DNA from: Macrostomum hystrix
Lineage: Eukaryota > Animalia > Platyhelminthes
Length of the DNA stretch: 64,000 bases
NCBI GenBank assembly: GCA_950097015.1
Contig: CATNEN010000039.1
Coordinates: 18,104,001 to 18,168,000, forward strand
Direction of reading: 5' to 3'
A program made the translations under genes and the position numbers. Position 1 is the stretch's first letter, and each line of letters begins with the position of its first letter. Shown here piece by piece: positions 13,688 to 25,228 of this stretch. A model generated the notes under the pieces. That model was not told the origin of the DNA. It made no database searches and worked only from the letters and a program-made list of their open reading frames with translations.

Positions 13688-16600
13688 TCAGGCTTCCCTT
13701 GAGTTCAAATAGCTGCTGTAAATCTTCACAATGCAAGCGGACATTGGGACCAGCATCCGGTCCCAGGTCTTCTGCCTGCCTTTTGTCGCTCGCATTAGCG
13801 TGGTGGTCGCCTTAGCGGCTGCACGATAAGCCGTCAAAAATTGCTCAACATCTTCTCGAGTCCAGCTGGCGCTAGACCAAGGCTCAACCAGCTGCTCGAC
13901 AGCGTCTAGAAAGAAGTCGCGCGTGTCCTTCGATGTTGTCAAGCTGAGCGCCAGCTGCGCTAGGCGACGCAGCAGCAGCTTATGCCCAGTCTGCGGGCAA
14001 AAGTAAGGAAAAGTTAAAAGTACAAATTATATATTTTTATTGCTAGAATGAAATGTAAAACAGAACATTTAACTATATAATACTTAGCAAAGCACACGAG
14101 TACTAAAACCAAGTACGCGAGTACTAAAACCAAGTACGCGAGTACTAAAACCAAGTACGCGAGTACTAAAACCAAGTACGCGAGTACTAAAACCAAGTAC
14201 GCCAGTACTAAAACCTAGTACGCGAGTAGTAAAACCTAGTACGTGAGTATTAAACCTCGTACGCCAGGACTAGAACTGAAAATTCGAGACACTGACCTCA
14301 AAATCGGCCATGGCAGCAGGACTAAGCGGTGCCTGCTGCAGCCTAGCCGACAGCTGGTTACGAATCTCTTCAAGAGCTTCGCGTTCACCCATGGCTTTGA
14401 GCTCTTTCAGATCGCGCAGAAAGTTGGCATCGAGATCCTGGTCCATGTCCTGGCTGGCGCAGTCCTTGCTGGAGTAGGACCAATGCGCTATCATCTGGTT
14501 AGCGCAGTGGGCGAAGTCGTTGAACGACAAGAAGCCCAGCTTCCGTTTGCCAGTTTCGAAGCGTTGATTAGTGAGAAACACAGCGGCCGCGTACTCCTTG
14601 GCCAGGTGGTCAGGCAGAAGGAATAGCGCCCTAATGTTGCCAACTAAGGAGCCCTAGGTGGTGTAATGGGAGAGTTGGACATTGTAGAAAGCATGTATAA
14701 ACACGCAATAATAATATCTGCAGGACGGCTGTGGGCACTGGCACATTATTTGGTGGCAGACGCATACAGGTACCGTACTAAGGCACATGCTGTACTAAGT
14801 CCTGTTCGTATAGACTCTATAGAGCTAGCTCACCTTGAGCTCTTCAACCGCTTTGAAAACGCGTCTCAAATTCTCAAACTGTCGCCTACACGAGGCCAGG
14901 GTGAGTCCGTTTCGTTCGGCCGTGTCCTCCAGATCGCGTCGAGTTTTGGCGCTCAGCTTCTTGCCTAGCAGGTCACGGACAACAGGTGCATCGAACTGAT
15001 AATACAGCTCTATAAGGCGCCGAACGGCCGATTCGCGAATGGGAAACAGACAGGCGTCATGCAGCCGGTCTGGCGCCTGTCGAAGAGAAATTTTAGCATA
15101 AGAAAATTAAGAGAGACAGAGGAATTGTGGCAAAACTTTAAAGGAGAAGTTAAGCTGGTGTTTTTATCTAAGAATCGAGTGAGGAATGGAGCAAAAATTC
15201 AAAGGAGAAGTTAAACTGGTGATTTTATCAGAATTGAGTGATGAATGGCGGAAACACTTCAAAGAAGAAGTCAAACTGGAGTATTTTTATCTAAGAATCG
15301 AGTAAGGAATTGCGGCACAAATTCAAAGGAGAAGTTAAGCTGGTGTTTTTATCTAAGAATTGAGTGAGGAATGGCGGCACCACCTCAAAGGAGAAGTTAA
15401 GCTGGTGTTTTTATGTAAGAATCGAGTGAGGAATGGCGGCACAACTTCAAAGGAGAAGTTAAGCTGGTGTTTTTATGTAAGAATCGAGTGAGGAATGGCG
15501 GCACAACTTCAAAGGAGAAGTTAAGCTGGTGTCTTTATCTAAGAATCGAGTGAGGAATGGCGGCACAACTTCAAAGGAGAAGTTAAGCTGGTGTTTTTAT
15601 CTAAGAATCGAGTGAGGAATTGCGGCACAACTTCAAAGGAGAAGTTAAGCTGGTGTTTTTATGTAAGAATCGAGTGAGGAATGGAGCAAAAATTCAAAGG
15701 AGAAGTTAAACTGGTGATTTTATCAGAATTGAGTGATGAATGGCGGAAACACTTCAAAGAAGAAGTCAAACTGGAGTATTTTTATTTAAGAATCGAGTGA
15801 GGAATTGCGGCACAACTTCAAAGGAGAAGTTAAGCTGGTGTTTTTATGTAAGAATCGAGTGAGGAATTGCGGCACAACTTCAAAGGAGAAGTTAAGCTGG
15901 TGTTTTTATGTAAGAATCGAGTGAGGAATGGCGGCACAACTTCAAAGGAGAAGTTAAGCTGGTGGTTTTATCTAAGAATCGAGTGAGGAATGGAGCAAAA
16001 ATTCAAAGGAGAAGTTAAGCTGGTGTTTTTATCTAAGAATCGAGTGAGGAATGGCGGCACAACTTCAAAGGAGAAGTTAAGCTGGTGGTTTTATCTAAGA
16101 ATCGAGTGAGGAATGGAGCAAAAATTCAAAGGAGAAGTTAAGCTGGTGTTTTTATGTAAGAATTGAGTGAGGAATGGCGGCACCACCTCAAAGGAGAAGT
16201 TAAGCTGGTGTTTTTATCTAAGAATTGAGTGGGGAATGGCGGCACCACCTCAAAGGAGAAGTTAAGCTGGTGTCTTTATCTAAGAATCGAGTGAGGAATG
16301 GCGGCACAACTTCAAAGGAGAAGTTAAGCTGGTGTTTTTATCGAAGAATTGAGTGGGGAATGGCGGCACCACCTCAAAGGAGAAGTTAAGCTGGTGTTTT
16401 TATCTAAGAATCGAGTGGGGAATGGCGGCACCACCTCAAAGAACAGCAGTAAATAGTGAAAATTCATAAAACTGAGCAGTAGCGGCCAACTTCAAAGGCA
16501 TCTAAGCTAACGCCGAACCTGAAGGTGGCGTTCCAGCAGATCGAAGACTCGATAGGCATTGGCTAGCTCGCAGCGCAGCATGTCCACGGAGCCTGGGCAG

Positions 16601-16725
16601 GCTTTCAAAGCGCCGTTCCTGGCCAGGGCCTGGGCCGCCTCGGCCGGCGACTGGCCCTGCACCCAGGCCCTGTAGGCGTCCCAATCGATGCGCAGTTCGC
16701 CAGTCACGGAGATATCCAGGTTCAT
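13688..16725 (-). CDS. FIBP: Acidic fibroblast growth factor intracellular-binding protein, ~369 aa, 4 exons
   Basis: Exons complement(16519..16725, 14834..15076, 14297..14653, 13688..13990), all phase-0 GT..AG. Motifs LIELYYQFD..VRDLLGKKLS, SCRRQFENLRRVFKAVEE, FLTNQRFETGKRKLGFLSFNDF and FLRDLKELK match recalled FIBP. Confidence 0.95.
14095..14265. repeat. Minisatellite, 21-bp unit GAGTACTAAAACCAAGTACGC, in FIBP intron 3
   Basis: About 8 copies. Confidence 0.92.
15118..16445. repeat. Minisatellite, 62-bp unit, filling FIBP intron 1
   Basis: Unit AAGGAGAAGTTAAGCTGGTGTTTTTATCTAAGAATCGAGTGAGGAATGGCGGCACAACTTCA, about 21 copies. Confidence 0.96.
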
Positions 16726-17897
16726 GCGGCACTGGGGGACAACCCGCTCTGCTCTGCAATCATAGAAGATACACAGTTGACAGTGCTCAGGATCCCACTG
16801 CAAATATTGTTACTATTATTCTTCTAGGATGAGATTCTTAAAGCTTAAGACATTTGATTGGACAAACATGGTCACGTGCTTCAGTCAAACGGAGATTTCC
16901 CCGAAACGTCTAAAAATAGCTACAGCCTGATCCTTATAGTCCTTATAGAAGAAAGATCACGGGGTGTGTCAAATACGTACACTTTTCCTTTTTGTGTATC
17001 TCCAAGAATTTCAATAATTTGTATTCTTATAACACAATGCCAAGTATTTGAAATACCCCCGTGGGAAAATAGCGTGGTCTATCTGCTGTTAATAACAAAT
17101 CAGACAAAAATGTTTATTAAACAATACAAATAAGACCAGTATATTTTTGTACACAACACAAAACACAATGCAGAAAACATGGCCAAGCTGCAAGTAATTT
17201 TTCGGTGACCAATAATGAGTGGTGGATGTGAAGCGCGAATTGTTTGAACGAGAGGCGGTCAAAAGTCATAGCAATTTGTTTAGAACAAGTTCGAGCTAGT
17301 AATTTATACACTACGCATGTTTAATCATTAAATAGACTGACAATAATTATCGCTTATAGATCCAAGTTACGGAGTTTTTAGTATCAGAAGAATATATAGA
17401 CTTCACTAAATCTATTTAAAAAATATAGAATTTTCCTATGAAACGCTAAATGCCTACTTACAGTAGCAAAACACTTCTGAATTCGTTCAATCGGAAAATC
17501 AACAATTTTCCGTATAAAGTTCAAAGCAATAAAAACCATCAGATAATTTTTTTAAAAATCTAGAATATTTGGTCCACAGTTCATTAGTTTTATAAACTTA
17601 AAGACAGACGGCGAATGGGATATATGAAATTTGATTTATTATAGATCTGTTCTGAGTATTTCCCATGCAGTGTTAATTAAAAGTAAATTAATTAAATTAA
17701 AAAATTAAATAATTATGTCGCTAGAATTAACACAGCCGTACAGAAGAGACTAACCACTAGAGGATCATTAGATGGAATGGGAACAACCTATTCAAGGATC
17801 ATTAGATAGTGTTGAAACTAAGGACGACAACTGCGAAGAACACTGTAGCTCGTATTCAAATCGAATGGTAATTTATATTAACGCACATTCAAGGCAG

Positions 17898-20800
17898 TCA
17901 GTTGACATTTCCAGTAAAATACCGCTTAGAATTCACCCTGTCATTATTATGAGCATCCTCATCTTCATCTTCTTCATCATCGTCTCGCAGTATATCGCTG
18001 AGCTCCTCAGACGACTCAGATTTGGCAGCCTGAGCAGCGTACTCGTGAGTATAGAGAGGCCGATAGACAGCCAAATCGACGCCGTCGTCCTGCCTGTAGA
18101 CTTCGCTGTCCGTGCTGCTGCTGATGTCGACGGCTTCCTCATCGTCGTCATCGTCCCCTTGCTGATTGCCGGCCGCAGAGACTGAAGAGGCCGGCTGCTG
18201 CTGCTGCAGCTGCTGTGGTGGCGGCGTTGAAGACGGCGAAGGTCTGGCCGCTGAAACCGCTGTCAAATCAAATTCTAGATCCTGGTCAGTTTGCTGCTGC
18301 TGCTGCTGCTGAGTAGGTATTTGAATCGGCTGCTGACACATTGGACAGGTGTCTCGTATGTGAAGCCATCTAAAATTTACGGCAATATGTTTAACAGCTG
18401 AATGAACTGAAACAATGCAGAGTTTAGTGTCTTGCTAAAGGACACAAATTGTTCTACTAATTGTTCCTCGAGTCGGGAATCGAACCACCGACATTGAAGC
18501 CGTTAGTCAGATGCTCTAACCACTACGCTACAACCCTTTGTAGGCTACAACTAGTTAGGAGTGGATTAAGAAACAAGCACGAGATAGACTGACTCAGAAG
18601 ATAAGGGCATGTAAATTAAAACAACTAACGGGGACCAGGTAGATTGATAGAAATAATGAGGACCAGGTAGATTGATAAAAATATTGAGGACCAGGTAGAT
18701 TCATATAAATATTGAGGACCAGGTAGGTTGATGCCAATATTGAGGACCAGGTAGATTCATACAAATATTGAGGACCAGGTAGATTCATACCAATATTGAG
18801 GACCAGGTAGATTGATACAAATATTGAGGACCAGGTAGATTTATACAAATAATGAGTACCAGGTAGATTTATACAAATAAAATGAGGACCAGGTAGATTG
18901 ATACAAATATTGAGGACCAGGTAGATTGATACAAATAATGAGGACCAGGTAGATTGATACAAATAAAATGAGGACCAGGTAGATTGATACAAATATTGAG
19001 GACCAGGTAGATTGATACAAATAATGAGGACCAGGTAGATTGATACAAATAAAATGAGGACCAGGTAGATTGATACAAATAATGAGGACCAGGTAGATTG
19101 ATACAAATAAAATGAGGACCAGGTAGATTGATAAAAATAATGAGGACCAGGTAGATTGATACAAATAATGAGGACCAGGTAGATTGATGCCAATATTGAG
19201 GACTAGCTATTCAGAGGCCAAGGACCTACCTGCGCAGGCACAGAGGATGAAAGAAGTGATGGCAGAGAGTCCGCTTGGCTCCAGCCAGCATGTCGCCAAA
19301 GCAGATGGCGCACACATCGTTATGCTTGCGCAGCTCATTGTCAGTTGCGTTTGGCAGAGCGCTGAGCCGTTTAGCAGCCAATCTGCGCAGAAGAAACTTT
19401 CTCCAACCGCTCTGGACTCGCTGCACAACATTGAACCAAAAGTGCACCAGCAGAATGGCTAGGCTGAGCAAACTCCAATCGCGCGTAAAGAATTCTCTAA
19501 CACCGAAGCAGACAATGATCAGGGCTACTAGCAATTCAACTAATCTAACACTGGATTTAACGTAGAACACTAAATCTTCGAAGCTCTCTTCAGTTGGGCC
19601 GGAGCGGAAATGATCGTAAAGAAATAGGCAGTAGAGAACTAGGCTTCCAGCGGCCTGCAAAAGCAAATAATCAAAGTTCTGAAGCTTGTGTGTCCACCTG
19701 TTTTAGCTAGTAATTATAATTGATTACACCTGCCCTAATTGGGTCAGATGTGCAGCCGACAGCACAGCCGCAGATAATGCGCGGCGCATCTGAAGGCTGC
19801 GTACAGCTGTTCAGTCCATGGACTGGGGGGACTCCACACCCACCTTCAATTATCCCAGCTGATGCTGGTACCCATTTAACAGCTGGGTTAACTGAAGCAA
19901 TGCAGAGTTAAGTGTCTTGCTAAAGGACACAAATTGTTCTAGTGGAGTTGGGAATCGAACCCCCGACCTTCAAGTCGTGAGTCCGACGCCCTAACCACTA
20001 GGCTACAACCTCTTGTTTAGCTAGTGAAATGTGCTTAAATAAGATTTTATAAAGACACAAATTGTCATTATTTAAATGAATTACCTGTAGAGCGGTGAGG
20101 AGGCAGCTTAGAGCGATAATTAGCAACCAAAAATCTGGCCTAAACAGTTTCAACAGCCAAACAGTCAGGTAGATAGGCGCGCACAATAGTATAGCTATAA
20201 CAATGAGGGCTCGGATGTGACCTCCGTAGGGTGCCGACTGCACAGCGGCACCAAGGTGGAGCAGTCGAGGCCCCGCAATATCGTGAATGGAGTCCAACAG
20301 AGAAGACACTAGTATGAATGCGACCACTGCAACTAGGCTGGCCCATTGCGGTGTGCGCATTGTACTAGGCAGATTAGTCTGAACAGCGACTAATAGAAAT
20401 GTGAAGCCTTCTGCCCAGCCGCGCTGCAGACCGACATTGCCAGCAATTTCCGCCATCGGATTGACGCCGCCGATGCCACCGACGCCTCCTCCCATTAGGA
20501 AAACTCGAGTGCACAATAGCACAAGCCAAGATGCGTGCGACACTGTCACGCAGAGGCCTAGGACGCACAATGGACTCGAACAGCTATCGGACAGGGCGCC
20601 TAGCAACAAAACATCCCAGCCCAGGATTGTCATGGGATTCGACGACAGAGAAACACTTGACGCAGAGATCCAGTGTTGAATTATGCGAAGGCCAAAATTT
20701 GATACCCAGAATAGTAGCAGTTGACGCGACATGTAATAGTCCTGGGTTGAAGTGGGAAAACTGTATGAAAAAAACTATTATAAGAAAGACGATTCTAGTT

Positions 20801-23800
20801 TTAAATATGAGGATCTGGGAATAGTGTCTCGGAGCTAAGGATCTGGAACGAGTGTCTCAAATTTGAGGATCTGGAACGAGTGTCTCAAATTTGAGGATCT
20901 AGGAATAGTGTCTCGGAGCTAAGGATCTGGAACGAGTGTCTCAAATTTGAGGATCTGGAACGAGTGTCTCAAATTTGAGGATCTGGAAAGAGTGTCTCAA
21001 ATTTGAGGATCTGGGAAGAGTGTCTCAAATCTGAGGATCTGGGAAGGGTGTCTCAAACTTGAGGATCTAGGAAGAGTGTCTCAAATCTGAGGATCTGGAA
21101 AGAGTGTCTCAAATCTGAGAATCTGGGAAGGGTGACTCAAACTTGAGGATCTGGAAAGAGTGTCTCAAATTTGAGGATCTGGGAAGGGTGACTCAAATTT
21201 GAGGATCTGGGAAGAGTGACTCAAACTTGAGGATCTGGAAGGGTGACTCAAACTTGAGGATCTGGAAAGAGTGTCTCAAATTTGAGGATCTGGAAAGAGT
21301 GTCTCAAATTTGAGAATCTGGAAAGAGTGTCTCAAATTTGAGGATCTGGGAAGAGTGTCTCAAATCTGAGGATCTGGAAGGGTGACTCAAATTTGAGGAT
21401 CTGGGAAGAGTGTCTCAAATCTAAGGATCTGGAAGGGTGACTCAAATTTGAGGATCAGAAAGAGTGTCTCAAATCTGAGTATCTGGAAGGGTGACTCAAA
21501 CTTGAGGATCAGAAAGAGTGTCTCAAATTTGAGGATCAGAAAGAGTGTCTCAAATCTGAGGATCTGGAAGGGTGACTCAAACTTGAGGATCTGGAAAGAG
21601 TGTCTCAAATTTGAGGATCTGGGAAGGTATCTCAAATTTGAGGATCTGGGAAAGCTGACTTAAATGTGACGATCTGGGAAGTGTCATAAATCTGAGGATC
21701 TGGAAAGAGTGTCTCAAATTTGAGGATCTGGAAGGAGTGTCTCAAATTTGAGGATCTGGAAGGAGTGTCTCAAATTTGAGGATCTGGAAGGAGTGACTCA
21801 AATTTGAGGATCTTGAAGGAGTGTCTCAAATTTGAGGATCTGGAAGGAGTGTCTCAAATTTGAGGATCTGGGAAAGCTGACAGAAATGTGACGATCTGGG
21901 AAGTGTCATAAATCTGAGGATGTGGGAAGGGTATCTCAAATTTGAGGATCTGGGAAAGCTGACTGAAATGTGACGATCTGGGAAGTGTCATAAATCTGAG
22001 GATCTGGGAAGGGTATCTCAAATTTGAGGATCCGGGAAAGCTGACTTAAATGTGACGATCTGGGAAGTGTCATAAATCTGGGGATCTGGGAAGAGTAATT
22101 CAAAGTTGAGGATCTCGAAAATATGATTCGAAAAAATGTATTAGGATTAATTGATAGACATTTTAGATCTGATGATCATTTAAATACACGACTCAAGTTA
22201 TTTTCACAAAAAAACCGTCACCTCCCACAGGTGCCACAGCAGTGCAAACCAGCCATTCGCCCAGATCATATGGCCTAGCCGGCTGAGCAGAACCCTCAAA
22301 GCCGACACGGCGCTGGGCAGAAGTCGTAGAGCCAGCAGGGCTGCCAGGGTTCTGGTTAGAGCTGCAGCGGCATTGTGCCACTGCCAGGGCTCGCCAACTT
22401 CAATAGGATCAGTTGGCAATAAGCCAGCTTTGAGCAGGCAGAGGTGACCGATGCGGCCGAGGGAGGGCAGGCAGAATGCGGCTAAAGCCAGACGGCCAGC
22501 GCTGCCAACGTTAAGCAGGCGAGAAGCCAAAGCTGATAGGGCTAGTTGACAGGTCACGTGACCCGCTGCTGTAGCCAACACCTGCCGGTTTACATTCGAA
22601 TTTTAACCAATAAGCCAATGAAGTATACTTATTAAGAAAATTTCATTTTAAAACTGAAGGACCTTACACCAAACTCAAGGACTCTACACTGAACTCGAGA
22701 ATCCAACACCAAACTCGTCGACACTGCACCAAAACTCAAATCCTAAGCTTTGAAGCAGCAGAGAGAAAAATTCCTCACCTGCCAATCACCACCAGCTTCA
22801 TTATTAATGATGTTTGTACAGCAGTGAACCACATAGAGCTGGGACAAGCGAGCCTGTGCACACACAATTGCCACGGCTGCCAGATGATTGTAGATGCTCA
22901 ACAGTTTGCCAAGTGGCATAAAAGCAATGCCAAAGAAGACAAAGAAACCTGTTGTTAAGATGTAAAAAATCTTTAAAATTCTCTTTAAATATTTACATTT
23001 TTAGAGCTATAGCCTATAGTGAACTAGTTATGTGAAAAATATTTTTTAAACATGGTATACCAGAAGGGCATATGCTACATTTGTATACTAATTGCTACAG
23101 ATAGGACATTGGTTGTAAGGGGTAAGTGGTGTAACAATCTAATGTGTTTTTCTCTTGCATCAAAGTCCCTGAGCTAGTGAGATAGGGCTATGTTTATTTT
23201 CTTATATTAGAAATACTATATTTTTTGTTTAAATACACTCCAATTTGTTAAAATGCTCTAAATTTTGTTTTTATGCACCGAAATATAAACAGTTATAATG
23301 AAGTGAAGAAGGGGAGCAAAAAACAGTATAAATACACGCATAAGAGAAAGCAGAGATTCAACGTTTTTGTATGTCTTGTATATGTTGAAATGTTTTTGTT
23401 CAGAATAAAGAAAGATTGAAAGTTAGAGTAAATAGAGAGGATAAATATTGGCCATATAATGCTACCAGATTAAATACATAACACTACCAATTTGAATTGA
23501 AATAAGAGGTGCATAAAAGTGAATAATTAAGGACATTCATAAGATTGATATAAAGACAGTATTTGAATAGAGTATATAAGCACTACGACAACTTTGGTGA
23601 TATTCAGTAAGATATTAACCATTGTAAAATAACCCTGTGACAACTTTGGTAGGACTTTAATTATCAAAGCACAAGCACTAGAACAACTTTGGTGGCATCA
23701 TTAGGATTAGGAAGTTATTAAGAAATTAGCCCTACAACACTAGATTATATGGCAAGGCCAAATTCATTTAAGATGCAGCTACAGAGATAAATCTTGGACG

Positions 23801-24624
23801 CTTGTCAAGTAATTTATGCCCTAAAGGAAACAAAAAATGGTACAGATACAAGTAATAAAGTCAAGGCAAGATGTACATACATGTGTCAGTGAGTGTCTCC
23901 ATATATAATACTTTATTTGTGTTCATTTTTAATTTTACTCAAAAGTCAGCAAGCTAGGTAGAATAGCTTCCTTGCTAGCTAAAGTTCTATCGCCATTGTT
24001 GTAAAGGTGACTACAGACATCCTTCATTTTTTAATTAGAAAGGTATTATTTTATGAATAATTTTCTCTCAGCAGCTTAACAAAAAATTGATAGGGGGGCC
24101 TATATATTTTGGTGTAAATTGCACAGTTGAAATAAGGGAACATAACTGCTAGTCAAACATACATCATGGTACATAGTGCATAGCACTAAACATATATATA
24201 TAATTACATAAAAAACACACTACACATCTGTCAAATATTTCTAGATAGGCTTAGGAATTCTGGATAAACTAGGTAGGTAATCCTAATTTCTGTTTTAAGA
24301 CTAAATTGATTTATTAAAATTATATTACTTACTTGAAAAAGAAAGAATAAGAAGAAAAATTCTTGCTAAAATATCATCGGGAATAACATCAAAATTCTCT
24401 GGTACAATTGGAGGTAGCTGAGGAATACTAGACTGATCAGTGGTTGCAAAAAATAGGCTTTGAATAAAGTTGCAAAGAAAGATAGCCATTCTTGTATGTG
24501 CAGGGGGACTTCTAGATTCGTTTGTACCATTAGAGTCGGCATCAAGTAATCTAAGAATTTGGAGTGGAAACTGAAAAGTATTTAAGTAATACAAGGAAGG
24601 GACTCTAAGTAGTGTTTCAATCAT
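17898..24624 (-). CDS. RNF145: RNF145/TRC8-family ER membrane RING-H2 E3 ubiquitin ligase, ~791 aa, 6 exons
   Basis: Exons complement(24333..24624, 22779..22948, 22222..22581, 20085..20741, 19230..19654, 17898..18369) are phase-consistent. Contains N-terminal LRVPS, multi-TM TRC8_N region ([21 protein letters not shown]), RING-H2 [31 protein letters not shown] and an acidic/Q-rich tail. Confidence 0.92.
18391..18536 (-). mobile_element. Truncated CORE-SINE (family A), tRNA head plus CORE only, in RNF145 intron 5
   Basis: Aligns to the 5' half of the copy at 53760-54070. Confidence 0.8.
18630..19205. repeat. Minisatellite, 28/30-bp unit GAGGACCAGGTAGATTGATACAAATATT, in RNF145 intron 5
   Basis: About 20 copies. 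Confidence 0.95.
19719..20012 (-). mobile_element. Full-length tRNA-derived CORE-SINE (family A) in RNF145 intron 4
   Basis: Near-identical reverse complement of 53760-54070; flanked by direct repeat TTTAGCTAGT (probable TSD). Confidence 0.9.
20805..22120. repeat. Minisatellite, 27-28-bp unit GAGGATCTGGAAAGAGTGTCTCAAATTT, in RNF145 intron 3
   Basis: About 47 copies. Confidence 0.96.
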
Positions 24625-25228
24625 TTTATAATTGTACAAAAAGGATTTGCAATAGGCCCTAATTAAATAAAGTTCTTGACAGATCTGCAGTTTAAAATAT
24701 TAATAGTAAGATAAAGAACTAGATATTAAACGCATAACTTTTCTCTCAATTAAATATTTTTTGATAACAGGAAATAACTAATACAACCCAGTTTATAATT
24801 GATCAAATTCTAACTTTATTGTATTAATTAAAACCGGTTGCAATGTTTAAGGTTTCTTAGAGCAAGCAAACTTTTCAAAGTAGCCACAGTTTTATCAACA
24901 TTTACTAAATAAAACTTTAATAATACGGTCTAAGATGAAAACTGCTTTGCGACAAAAATATGTTATTTACGTTATAGGTGTTTAACTAATCTTAAGGAAA
25001 CAAAAATTTTAAAACTAAGTCTCTTTCTTAGAACTCTAAACCGTTCGTAAAAAAGTTCAAAGCCTAAAATAGTCGGTTCGAAATTGTAGGCCCTGACCAG
25101 CTAACGGTCGCTAAGATCATTATTAAAGCTATAACTACAGAAACACTTTAAAAAGTTCAAGTCTGTCACAAAACATTTTTTCGTTTACTCTTTGTCTCAT
25201 TTCGCGCATTTTTTAGTTTCTGTCTATA
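24625..25228. promoter_or_regulatory. Putative bidirectional promoter between head-to-head RNF145 and DNAJA3
   Basis: Start codons at 24624 (-) and 25229 (+) are 604 bp apart; region is AT-rich and free of repeats. Confidence 0.6.

Noticed and set aside
15118-16445. Regularly spaced repeats here, at 5403-5650 and at 42884-43425 as possible CRISPR arrays
   Set aside because: Units are head-to-tail with no unique spacers, there are no cas genes, and the context is eukaryotic.
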